Assembly: GCA_030141605.1 (NCBI GenBank)
Contig: JAQGDQ010001492.1
Span: 1 to 38,303 of the forward strand
Direction: 5' to 3'
DNA length: 38,303 nucleotides
Source of the DNA: Tubiluchus corallicola
Taxonomy: Eukaryota; Animalia; Priapulida
Shown: in pieces, positions 12,501-26,200 of the stretch
Position numbering within the stretch: the stretch's first letter is position 1
Layout: each line of letters starts with the position of its first letter
Notes under the pieces: generated by a model
Told to the model about the DNA's origin: nothing
The model's database searches: none
The model's input: only the letters and a program-made list of their open reading frames with translations
Program-made: the position numbers and the translations under genes

Positions 12501-15500
12501 TGCTTCTGATTACATGATTGTGTAAATGCGACAGCCCTATTCAGAACATCTCCTTTTGTTTCATTTAACGAAAATTTGCTGTTAAGGTCACAATTGACCA
12601 TTGCCTTCCCATTTAGTGTCAATTCCTTTTAAAGACAATTAGAAAAAAATTATTGCCAATTTTTATAACTCTCCAGCAACTGTGTCTGCTTAGTAACAAA
12701 AATTTTGGCATTACTCTCGAGTATTGAAATTTTGTGTGAGATTCCAGCAGTTTTAATGAAACATCTACTAATAACTAGTAAATTTTTGCTAGTTATATAC
12801 ATGAATTGCTTATATACATGAAGTTTGGTTTATTTTAATTGAAATTTCAGTAACAACACAAATGTTCTCAACACGACCGTGAGCACTCCATCAACCAGCA
12901 CACAGGCTGAGGAATTACCCCCAAAGGAGGCAGCGGAAGAAGAGCATACAAGCAGCATGACCATTTTCTTCATTTTGTTTGTAATAGGTAACTAAGAGAA
13001 AATATGCGAATTATTTAGCATGTTTACAGAATGAATAACTTAGTAATTCAAATTTGTGTGAAATTTACCTAAAGCAATTTTAGTAGTGCATTGATTTCGT
13101 TGTATATTGGTTTATGAAACTTTGTTTGAAGTTTTGTATTAGTATTAACTGTACTGAGTGAACCCCATAAATTATGTAATAAACTGTATTAAATTTGTAT
13201 TACTTGTCAAATCCAGTAGTTTCTAGTTAAAGTACTGTACATTTTTTGGACAAATTTGAAACGTAATGCTGGATTGCTAGCTTAATTTATTTTGAATAAA
13301 TTCTTTTGGTTTCTTATTTTTTATTTTATTTTTAGGCAGCTATTGATTGAATTATCTCAAATTTTCATTTTGTTTGTAGTTTTTTTTGTCCTGGCAAAAA
13401 GCAAATGTCTGTAATTTGTTCTGTTCCATTCTTTTCTGATGATGGTTGGATTCCATTCTCTTCTGATGAATGGTTGAGTTCCATTCTTTTCTGATGAATG
13501 GTTGAATTCCATTCTTTTCTGATGAATGGTTAAATTCCATTCTTTTCTGATGAATGGTTGAATTCCATTCTTTTCCGATGAATGTTTGAATTCCATTCTT
13601 TTCTGATGAATGGTTGAGTTCCATTCTTTTCCGATGAATGGTTGAATTCCATTCTTTTCTGATGAATGGTTGAGTTCCATTCTTTTCTGATGAATGGTTG
13701 AGTTCCATTGTTTTCTGATGAATGGTTGAATTCCATTCTTTTCTGATGAATGGTTGAATTCCATTCTTTTCTGATGAATGGTTGAATTCCATTCTTTTCT
13801 GATGAATGGTTGAATTCCATTCTTTTCCGATGAATGGTTGAATTCCATTCTTTTCCGATGAATGGTTGAGTTCCATTCTTTTCTGATGAATGGTTGAGTT
13901 CCATTCTTTTCTGATGAATGGTTGAGTTCCATTGTTTTCTGATGAATGGTTGAATTCGATTCTTTTCTGATGAATGGTTGAATTCCTTTCTTTTCTGATG
14001 AATGGTTGAGTTCCATTCTTTTCTGATGAATGGTTGAATTCCATTCTTTTCTGATGAATGGTTGAATTCCATTCTTTTCTGATGAATGGTTGAATTCCAT
14101 TCTTTTCTGATGAATGGTTGAGTTCCATTCTTTTCTGACAAATGATTGTTTCTTTTTTCAGCTTTGTGCATCTTGATTGTTCACTTTTTACTGCGAGCTA
14201 AAATTAACTTTATTCCGGAAAGTGTTGCAGTTGTTTTTCTGGGTGAGTTACTTTATTACAAGTTTTTTAAAGCAGTAATTAATACTTTTAAATCAGTACT
14301 AAGCCTCTTCATGGTTTTGTTGTATGTATGCGCAGGTGCTGTAGGTCAAAGGTTAAGTGCGCCACAGCAACGCATCTTAACTACTATCATCACGTGACAT
14401 GCGGGTAATGCAAAACATCAGTTCAGTACCTTCAGTTGTTTTACATGGAGTTTACTTAATTAACATTAGTCCATGCGTAGAGTGATTTACTAGGAGGATC
14501 TTGCTTGGAAACAAGAAAAATTGAACTAGGTAAGGTTCTAGCTAGCTGTTAAAACTGTTACTGTTGCAACAGCATGGGCTCTGAGGCGTTGTCAAGTGTA
14601 CACAAATGCATTGTCTGGTTCACTTAACCTTTGACATTTTCACAATCATAATCAATCGCTGGAACTGTGAAAAGGTTTATTGCTTCAAGTAGTTTTCCTG
14701 CCGATTATTTACTCCATACGTTGCTGTATTATTGTTATTAAACTATAAACTTTTTACAAAAATAAAAGGCTGAAATGATTGGTGTGTGTGGAAATTTTCA
14801 GCAAAACAGACGCCCATGATGATGAACTATTTATGATTTCGTTAACATGCCTGGTGAACCCATCAATAAATTTTTTGATATTTTGCCGCATGCCATCAAA
14901 TTTTGAAAATGCAGTATACAATTGGACAAACTAAACAAATTTACACATATCTTGCTGATTTTGGTGCCAAAACTGTATTTTAGCTTGGATCTTTGCTGTT
15001 TTATTTAGTTTGTCTTGCAAATGTTTAACATTAATACACTTTATTATGTGTAATACATAACATAAGTAATATACACAATAATAATACATGACCCATTCCC
15101 GTTCTCTACATCTCAGACGTATAACTTTTGCAAAAAAACGGCCGAAAAATGGCCATTTTTGGAGGTTTTTCGTCGTCCCCCCCTTCCTCCCGGTGGGCCC
15201 GATTCGAAAAATAAACCCCCAATGGCACGACACTAGATCGAGACGTTTCGTTTGATGTACAGATTGCCGCAAATGGTGCCGTCGTCGAAGCTGTAGCCTC
15301 GAATCTTATATATATATATAAAGCCCATACCAAGAATATTAATATATAGATAATATTATAAGTGTATATAATACATAATATACACTTAAATTAATGTACT
15401 TAATTTACCTCAAGATATTTTGGCAAAGTAAAAACTTCTAGTCAAATCTTACGTAAATGTCAGACATCAAATCCTCAACCGAGGCCATGTAATTTTATAG

Positions 15501-18500
15501 ACTAGATCTCTCAAAGTTCAGTGCTTATCCAGCCTATTTTTGAATGCACTCCAAAGGACAGCTGACTAGATGACCAATTGGTCTTTCGCTGCCCTTTCTT
15601 CACATTTTTGTTACCAAATTAACTGTATTATAACTGTGCGTGTGTTAAAAGATAAATAAAAGATTATTATTATTATTATTTATGCTAGATGCCAATACCA
15701 CTTGGCAGACTGTTCCAGGTATTAACAATCCTGTTCGTAAACGTGTGGAGATGTTCTGTTTTATTTACTCTGATTTAATTGCTCTAATCTTACAAATAGT
15801 TTAGTTATCCTCCGTATCCTAAAGTTCACCTATGTTAAAACAGGTGCTCTTATTGGACTAATAATGAGGCTCTTGAAGAATCACAACCTGGCTAATTGGC
15901 AGGTACGTTAACAAATTATGCTTTATTATATTCTGCTATTGTTTAGCTGTTATTTGTTCTCCCTGATCTTTTTTAGTGATTCTGTCTTAACTACGTGTGA
16001 TTTTAAGTTAAGCACAAGTTCTTTTGACAAACATTTTTAACAAAGATGAATGTCTGAACTACAGTCAACCCTCGTTAAACTGGACTAATTGGGGGTTGGG
16101 TGGTCCGATTTATCCGATATGCCTATATGTGGTCTGTATTATACAGGAATAATCACCTTAATAAGGCCTATATACATTGCACTATATACTATACTGTATA
16201 TTACTTTAAAATAGTTAACCTGTGAGGATAACGAAATTATTGTACAGTTGGTAGGCCGTGTTGTGTTTAGCGCTCGGGCTCGGGCGGAAATCGGTCAGTT
16301 TCCTTTACCACGGATGACGTCCATCTTATCCGATATCCGGGCTAACAGGGTCCGGTTTAACGAGGGTCGACTGTATAATGTAAATTCAGGGTTGCCAGAT
16401 TAGAAAATAAGAAAAACAAGACATTCTTAAAATCTCCCTCTATATTGCTAACAAATATATATACATATATATATATATATATACAGTATACACCCAGGCC
16501 TATGTATTATACAAAAGAGGAGACATAAATTAAAAACATAAAGCAGAGATTTAAATGGGTTATGAGGAAAACAAGAGTAAAGTCTTTTGAAAATTATTTT
16601 ATACAAGCCAAACAATTCTGTAAAAGTAAAATCATGTGAAAATAGTCATTGAATACTGACAATACAGAAATATTATATTTAATACAGGCAGTATAGATAA
16701 CTAAAAGCAATTCTGAAGAAGTGAATTAATTACAAAATTCTTATTCAATAGAGGAAATATAAAAACGCAAAGGAAAATAATTATTGAAAAGTATTCATAC
16801 AGAAAATAAATTAAAAATTTTGTTTCACATGGAGAATATGAAAAGAAACAAAATTGAGAAACTTGTGGAAACGCGTCAGTTTTGTGGAAACTTCTCACAA
16901 CATTAGTTCATTTGTTACATTTGGGTTATTTTCATCAAGAGAATCCGGGAAAACAAAATATAATAACTGATAAAGTTACCAAGTAAGAACCATAAGAATG
17001 TAGTAAAAAATATTTTTATTGCTAAATTTGAAAATGAATTAAATACGTGATATTTGGGTGTAGGTCAAAGGTCAGTACAGGACAGGGGACAAAATTATCA
17101 TATATGAGACATGTCCCTTATATAAGAGACGTCTGGCAGCCTTATGTGAATTAGAAGTAAGTTATTGTTGATTTGATGATAAAGTTGTTGGTTATTTCAG
17201 AATGAAGAACAGTTTCCACCGACATTATTTTTCTTACTTATGCTTCCACCGATTATCTTCGAGTCTGGATACAATCTTCACAAAGTGAGTTAACTTTTTA
17301 TGAATTATAGTGCCGGGAAAAAATTGTTACAGCGCTTGAATTTGAATCCAGATTCTCTGTATTTTATGCAGCTGTCTTAAACACTACATCACGGAAACTT
17401 TTCAATTTTTTAAACTAAGAAACTTACTGCATGGCTGTTAGAAGTCCATATGATTGTTTTTAACTATAGTCTTTAACTTGTTTTGAATATTGAGATTCAC
17501 TAGAGCTTTAAACTTGTTTGTTTGCCCCATTATTGTTCGACTATTTTGCTAACTTTGAATTGTTTAAGATTTTTCATCATGAAAAAAGGACCAGCTTCGC
17601 ACACAGTTATTTATCCCTGTCCCAGATAATCGAGTTTGTTGTGTAAAGCGATAAAATTACTAATTTCCTAAAATCTGACAGACTGTTTTTAGGTGAATAA
17701 TTTGACCTGGCAAAAGTTCGTGCTAGATTATGCTATGCACGTGAGAAGATATTTTACCCTGACCCTGTTGTTACTACCTTCAAGAGTTATATTTTACATT
17801 TGACTTGTAAATTATGCAAAAATTATTAAATGCACATTTAATTTAGTATGTAATTGAAACACTAAAACATTATTCAGTAAAACTGGTTATTTGCTAATAT
17901 TTAAGCTATACTTTAATTTGATTTTTTCCATGTTTTCTTTCTAGGGAAATTTCTTCCAAAACATAGGGTCAATATTGGTCTTTGCTGTCATCGGTACAAC
18001 TGTTTCTGCGTTTGTCGTAGGCGGCGGTCTGTACATCTTAGGACAGGTTTGTGAAAAATAAGCAGATATCATAACGACATCTTTAATTTATGAACTTTTT
18101 AAGAGTACCATAACCTCAGACTAAGCAACTTTGCTGTAGGAGTGCTGCTTGAACATTTTTTACTTATGATGAATCTTATTGAAGATGTGCTTGTAAAGGT
18201 CAACAAGGCACAAGGCAATAACCGTATATTTGCATAGTTTTTGTTTTTGTAGTCAACGCGGCATGCTTAAATTGTAGTATAAACATTTACAAATGTTTTC
18301 TTACATTATATTACTTACCGTATTTTCCCGTGTATAAGAGACCCTTTTTTGCTCAGAATTTTCACTTTAAAAATAGGGGGTCTCTTATACATGGGAGTAA
18401 GTCTTTTTGTGGGTTGCAGCTGGGTCCTCAAGGCATGGAATGGTGTAAAGCCAGAGGTCATTATTAAATCTTTCAAGAAGTGGACGGCACAGAGGACAAT

Positions 18501-20206
18501 GCCATTTTTGAGCAGAGTGACTCCTCTGATGATGAACTGGCTGGAATTGCAGTTGATATTTTTGATGAGAGTGATGAGGAATTTAATGATTTCTATGATG
18601 AATAAAGTTATTCATTACCAAAATTCTTTTTTCCAGAATTTTTGCCTGAAAATTGAAGGGGTCTCTTATACAAAAGGGTCTCTTATACATGGGAAAATAC
18701 GGTACTCATTCAAGCTGTGTCCAGTCAAGGAAATAAGGAGTTACTACTTTGAATGTTTAGTAGAACAGAATCGTTATCTCATCACTACCGAAGTACTCTT
18801 ACAGAAATCTACTGAACGAACTCCACTGACAAGTTCTGTGGTTTGGTTCAGGCTGGTTGACCTTGATCATTTTTAGACCTGTTTACCTAAAACGAGTTAG
18901 TCCAAAGGAAGGCGGAGCGATACGTTTGGCACCAGGGAGTCAGTGAGCATGCTGCACTGGTCCGCCTTCGGGGCTCCACTCCTGATTTGGAAGGTTTACT
19001 CCTCTACACATGACCGTTGGGTCACTTGACCTCCTCCGCCCTCTAGCCGTTGGCTGCTTGTGCAGCTCCTCCGCCTAGTGTCAAGATACAGTGTGGGCAT
19101 CCCGCAAGCCTACTGCACCTGGTATTGCTAGGCGGTCACCCATCCAAGTACTAACCAGGCTCAACATTGCTTAACTTCGGTGATCAGACGAGAACCGGTG
19201 TTTTCAACGTGATATGGCCATCAGATATACTAATCATCGTAATAATTTTGTTATAGTGTATCATATTATCATTGTATGCACTGTTTTTTTTCTGTAAAAT
19301 GATGATGAGTAAAGATACTTGTTGTACTTGTTCAGCCAAGCACAGCATCAAACCTGCTTCATCGTGAATTGTTCTAGCGTTAACTTGAAATATGCACAAG
19401 AGTCTTAGTACAACAATGACTGCTGATCAGATAATATGACCTACTGAAACTTTCATGTCTCTTACCTAGGCAAAGGTGGTATATATGTTTTCTGCAGTGG
19501 AAAGCTTTGCTTTTGGTTCGTTGATCTCGGCCGTCGATCCTGTTGCTACTCTAGCCATATTCCAAGCCATTGATGTTGACCCGATTCTCTACATGTTGGT
19601 GTTTGGCGAAAGCGTGCTCAATGATGCCGTCGCAATTGTGTTAACCACGTATGAATGTTTTTTTAAATTTTATATTGTTGTGGCTTACGAATTTGCAATT
19701 TTTTTAACACTTGCAATGTAATCTAGTCCACGGCTTTGTGAGTCGGTGATACTAATTATCATTGTATATATATATGTATATGTATATACATACATACATA
19801 CATACATACATACATACATACATACATACATACATACATACATACATACATACATACATACATACATACATACATACATACATACATACATACATACATA
19901 CATACATACATACATACATACATACATACATACATACATACATACATACATACATACATACATACATACATACATACATACATACATACATACATACATA
20001 CATACATACATACATACATACATACATACATACATACATACATACATACATACATACATACATACATACATACATACATACATACATACATACATACATA
20101 CATACATACATACATACATACATACATACATACATACATACATACATACATACATACATACATAGATACATACATACATACATACATACATACATACATA
20201 CATACA

Positions 20207-20238
<32 letters not shown>

Positions 20239-23200
20239 GATACGAACATATATACATATATATATGTAGTTAAAAAGCTAAGAGCTCATATTGGAAGCGG
20301 TTTAATTTTAAATAAACCGTTTTAAGCAAAGTGCTTATTTTGAATATTCAGTCAGTTGATGAATACATTTCTAATCCAGTTAAATTTTTTGGCCTGCAAG
20401 TATAAAAAGGAAACACTAGCCCACAAGCCTATAACAAGTCGATCCGAATTTTCCGATTGTCCATATTTTCCGATGCTAAGCTGATATAGTAGGCGCCGTG
20501 TATTAGACTCGTGGTAACGTAGAATCAATCGCCTAATTGTCTCAAAGATGTTTAGTACGGGCTGTTCCTATGCAAAAGTGTATAAAAACTATCGGCAATT
20601 GACTTAAATAATTGACTCTAAACCACTCACACGTGCTGGTTAAACCACTAAACACGCTGATATGTATGTGTGTGCGTGTGTGTGTGTGTGTATACATACA
20701 TACATGTAGATACATATATCTCCTTTACTGAAATGTTCTTTTACTGCTAGTGCCTATCTTGTCAGCATTTAAAGGACTGGTAAGTGCCGTATGATTTTTG
20801 TCAGCAAAGCTTGCTGTTGGCAATTCATTTTCACAATCTTCCGAAGTGTCACATTACTATTAGTAGTGTTATAGTATGACTATTACTCTCCAAAGTGCAT
20901 TACTATTTTAAAAGTGTTTTGGGAAAAGAAAAAATTGTGTAAAAACCTAGAATCTAGATACATATTTGCCATATATCATTAGCCTACTATATAGTTTGAA
21001 TTTTTGTGCAGCTAGTCTCCCTTACAGATAAACTTAGTTTCCTGGCAGGGTCTGTGTGACCCCCCTGGCAGGGCCTGTTAAGACCCCATTTCACTATCAT
21101 CTCTAACATTGTAACTTTGCCATTTTTTTCAGGACGGTACTGGAGCTAGAGAAGGCTCAGGGTGCAACTGCTTCCGCTCAGTTTTTACACGCCGTCGGAA
21201 CGTTCTGCTTAATGTTTTTTGCTTCCGCCTTTATTGGAGTTATCATCGGTCTAATCAGTGCACTAATATCCTTTTTTAAAAGCTATAAGCTACATACATA
21301 CATACATATAGATACGAACATATATACATATATATATATATATGTATATATGTAGTTAAAAAGCTAAGAGCTCATATTGGAAGCTGTTTGATTTTAAATA
21401 AACCTTTTTAAGCAAACTGTTTATTTTGCATGTTCAGACAGCTGATCAGTAGGGGTGAGCATTCTTTACCAGAAAGCGAATTCGAATCGAACCGAACTTC
21501 AGTGTTTCGAATTCGAACCGAATTCGAATTGAGATTGAAAGATTTTCCGATAAGTTTTCGAACCACCATTAAAAATTAGTCTTACAAAGATCATGCATAT
21601 CACTAGATTTTGTTCTGCAATAAAACGACTAGTAATTTCTTTAAAATTGTGCGCAGAAATCACAGCTAAATTATGCTAATTGCATGATGTTTCAATCGTT
21701 TTAGTGATAAAGAGCATGTGTGATTGAAGTGCTGAATTATTCGAATCTATAGTTTTGGATTCGAATCGAGTTCGAACTGAAACAACTCGTTCGAATCGAA
21801 TTCGAGCGTTCGAACTTGAACGTTTGATGCTCACCCCTACTGATCAATACATTTTTAATTCAGTTAAATTTATCAAAAGCATAGCATGTTTTTATGAAGA
21901 CGCAGATCACTTTGGCCAGCAGGTACAAAAAGGTAAGTGTAATTTAAAAAAAAACGAGAGATTTACTTCAAGAAATGGGGTGATATTCAAGCAGCTGCTA
22001 ATGCTTTTCTTGAATCCATAGGGTTAAAAAGAGAAGGAGAAAGCTGTTGACAGAGAGTTTCTGAGAGTCGACATCCGAATGGAGAAACGGTTGGTTTAAG
22101 AAATCTTTCTAGGCTTAGGACAAATTAAGTGCATGAAGTGAGCAGTTGGAAATATGAGCTCACAAGCCTATAAACTCATATCTCGGTTTGCCGGACAAAA
22201 GCGGGGAGATTTCAGCCAGAATATTGTACATATTTTCTGATACTAAGCTAATATAGTAGGCGCCGTATACTAGATTTGCCGTAATGTAGAATCAATCGTC
22301 TAATTGTCTGAAAGATGACTAGTACGGGCCGCCCCTATGCAAAAGTATATAAAAACTGTAAGCAATTGACTTAAATAAGTACGTATAATTGACTCTAAAC
22401 CACTTACACTTGCTGATTAAACCACTAAACATGCTGATGTACAAGCTACACACGTCATTACATGCTGTTTAGGTGTAAACAAAGTGACGGCCGGCCAACT
22501 AGCGCTCAGCTCAAGAAATAATGGACTGTGTCCGTAGTATGCGGGACCTTCTATGGACCAGATTTTGTCCAAATTTTCCGATATCCAATTTAAAGCGAAG
22601 TCCCGGAAACCAAGATATGAGCGTATATAACCACAGCTGTGGTTCACACGGGCTGGTAGTTTCATTAAAGCACAAACTTTCATTAGGTGCTGGTTAGGGG
22701 TGAGCATCGAACGCTCGAATTCGATTCGAACGAGTTTTTTTAGTTCGAACTCGATTCTTATCCAAAACTATAGATTCGAATAATTCAGCACTTCAATCAC
22801 ACATGTTCTTTATCATTAAAACTATTGAAACATCATGCAATTTAGCTGTGATTTCTGCACACAATTTTAAACAAATTACTAGTCGTTTTATTGCAGAACA
22901 AAATCTAGTGATATACATGATCTTTGTAAGACTAATTTTTACTGGTGGTTCGAAAACCTGTTCGAAAATCTTTCAATCTCAATTCGAATTCGGTTCGATT
23001 CGAACTCGAAAGTCACAAATTCGATTCGAATTCGCTTTCTGATCGAGAATGCTCACCGCTAGTGCTGGTATCTTTTTTAATCACAGCAAAAGTATCCCAA
23101 TTTGTTCCTAGTTTTGCTTTATGTTCCTTGATGTCCTGGCAATTTTTGAAGCATGTGGATTTGCGGAAGACGCCGTCGTTGGAGTTTGGCATGATGATGA

Positions 23201-26200
23201 TCTTTTCATACATTCCGTACGGGCTGGCAGAGGGAATACACCTGTCAGGTAAAGTGTTAACTTATTAATGTTTAAATTCATTTCATTTCAATTGTTTTGA
23301 GTTTAGTCTCGTGAGTAGAGTAACTTATAACATCAATTTCAAATGCAAGGTATTTTTACTCGCAATCAGATGGACAGACAAAGCTGACGCCAAACAGAAA
23401 ACTATCAATTGATCTACAATTCACTGGACAATAAATGTCTCACAGCTAATTTAAAAGTGATCATGAGAAACGTACCAACGTATTATGTTGAAGTGAACAT
23501 CCCACGAGCGTCAATCGAGTAATAGTCTATATCTACCCATTTTCTGTTTCTCACCAGCAAAAACACTGGCTAGTTAGTGTGAGTTGTGAGAACCGCCACC
23601 GTTTCACAGAGAAAGACGGCAAAAATTTGACGACCAGCAACGTAAATTTAATCAGTTTCCGTGCGCTAATCGGCAAAAAAGCAAAAGCGCGAAAATACAT
23701 AAAATTTTGACTTGTGACTTCAAAACAAAGTTATGGCCTTGAGTGTCTGGCTTACTAATATAAATAGTAAATATACCTTTTTTATACACTTCGTCACGCT
23801 AATATAAATAGTAAACATACCTATTTATACACTTCGTCACGCTAATATAAATAGTAAAAATACCTTTTTTATACACTTCGTCACACTAATATAAATAGTA
23901 AAAATACCTTTTTTATACACTTCGTCACGCTAATATAAATAGTAAAAATACCTTTTTTATACACTTCGTCACGCTAATATAAATAGTAAACATACCTTTT
24001 TTATACACTTCGTCACACTAATATAAATAGTAAAAATACCTTTTTTATACACTTCGTCACGCTAATATAAATAGTAAGAATACCTTTTTTATACACTTCG
24101 TCACACTAATATAAATAGTAAAAATACCTTTTATACACTTCGTCACACTAATATAAATAGTAAAAATACCTTTTATACACTTCGTCACACTAATATAAAT
24201 AGTAAAAATACCTTTTTTATACACTTCGTAACACTAATATAAATAGTAAAAATACCTTTTTTATACACTTCGTCACACTGCAAGCACCCAAAGACAAGGC
24301 TTACTCAAGCAGATGTTTATAGCTTAACTAGAGCTTGACTCATTACCAATGTTATCCCTCTAAGATTAGCCCCTAAACCAGTAGAGGTGTTTCGGCCACG
24401 TATATACATCCTACCCCAACTTCTGATTTGAAGCTAAACAGATTTAACCAATGAAATTAATAACGTTCTTGCTTTGTCTGTATTTTCTTTTCTGTATTCA
24501 TTGCTAATGCAGCATCGTGAAATTCTTACAGGAATCATGGCAATTCTGTTTTGTGGAATTGTGATGTCTCATTACACGCATTATAACTTGTCACCTGTCA
24601 CTCAGATCACCGTTCAACAAACGTTCAGGACTCTTGCATTTATGGCTGGTAAGTAAATTAGTGTTTGAGTAACAGTAAAAAGTTACGAAACTGCATTATC
24701 TCCGTTCTACATGCTGAATGAAATGTTAAACTAATGGCAGTTCGACGAAAGAACGACGCGATAGTTTTTTGTTGTCAACGCAATTTTTTACTTCATTTTT
24801 TAATCTATACTATAAATTTTGATAATTTTTTTGGAACAATAAGGTAATGAATCTTAAGTTAGGAAACTTGTGCAATGGAAGAAATGCAAGAAATGGAAGA
24901 AAAACTCACATTTTGAAACTTTGATATGAAATTCCTTAATAAGCACTCTAAGTATTTGCGCTACGTGATGAGGCAGCTTACTATGACTTTTTCTAATTTT
25001 TAGTCAAAACACATAAATTCCAAAACAAAGGTGTTTTTTATCATCCATCATAACACAGGAATAATTATCAATGTCAAGAAATTTAACAGCCGATAAAAAG
25101 TCACAGAATGAAGTAAGGATAAGACGGAATGTGATGGCAGCTCATACTTGAAGTTATGTTCAGGTGAAGATTGTCAACATTTAGAGTCAGGGATGTTAAT
25201 CGTAGTAATATATATGATAATTAACTATGTATAATTATATATATGATAAACCTTGATAATTATCGTTTATAGTATTGATGCGAAAAATGACTTTTTGTAG
25301 TTATCGTATCGATATTATTCTAGGAATACCGTTTTCGTATCAAATTTTGTGCATATCGCCCACCATTGTAAAATCATTTCACGTTGCTTTTCGTTTATGC
25401 GCTGGAATTACACAAAAAATTGAAAAAGAGTTATTTATAAGGTGTTTGGGTAATCTTCTTGGTCTTTCTTTCTGCGATGGCGGCCATCTTAAGTCGATTT
25501 ACTGACACATGAATGCCAAGTGTGGCATTTTTAGAAGCGTTTTTTCAGTTGCAGTGCAGCTTACGTAAATAAATATATTATGTAGTAGTAGATCTCATAA
25601 CATTGTTATCTGTTGCAGCTCACATATTTTTATTATTCTATGACTAAACAGAGAAGCAAACTTTGTCATAAATTACATGTATCTATGCACGTAAATAAAT
25701 ATATTATGTAGTAGTAGATCTCATAACTTTGTTATCTGTTGCAGCTCACATATTTTTATTATTCTATGACTAAACAGAGAAGCAAACTTTGTCATAAATT
25801 ACATGTATATATGCACGTAAATAAATATATTATGTAGTAGTAGATCTCATAACATTGTTATCTGTTGCAGCTCACATATTTTTATTATTCTATGACCAAA
25901 CAGAGAAGCAAACATTGTCGTAAATTACATGAATCTATGCATTATTCAGGAAACCACCTGCAAAAAATATGATTTTGCGATACGCCGAGACTCCTTGCAC
26001 ATTAACTAACCAATTGTTCGTTGCCTCTGTGGATGCTAAACCTGTACCAGACATTCATAAACTTGTTTACTTAAATAGCTTACTTAAAGGTGAAGCTGCT
26101 CGTGTGATAGATGGCCTGCAGCCTGTAGATGGCAGTTATAAGGAAGCTGTTTCTTTGTTAAAGGAGAGATTTGGTGATAAAGACGCAATCGAGATGTCAT

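Larger units (their letters stand above)
21266..23142 (+). other. U12-type (minor spliceosome) intron with AT-AA termini
   Basis: 5' splice site ATATCCTTTT at 21266; branch motif TTCCTTGAT at 23124-23132. Reading frame and the NHE8 alignment (ISAL|xLKH) put the 3' end at ...GGCAA 23142. Confidence 0.85.

Noticed and set aside
13352-14171. Three long minus-strand ORFs (213-258 aa)
   Set aside because: Translations of the 28-bp minisatellite, open in all three frames because the unit lacks stops on that strand.
18349-18876. 175-aa ORF as a host gene
   Set aside because: It spans a pogo deletion derivative and its flank; only a short stretch is transposase-derived.
19106-19225. Functional 5S rRNA gene
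   Set aside because: Single intronic copy with substitutions at usually conserved positions, no oligo-T terminator, and fused to a body shared with a retroposed insertion.
19685-20325. YIHT/MYVC repeat ORFs
   Set aside because: Translations of (TACA)n.
23086-23142. Conventional AG acceptors at 23086 or 23111 for NHE8 exon 9
   Set aside because: They would add 10-19 non-homologous residues and need weak or absent GT donors, while the U12 donor and branch motifs fit the conserved protein exactly.
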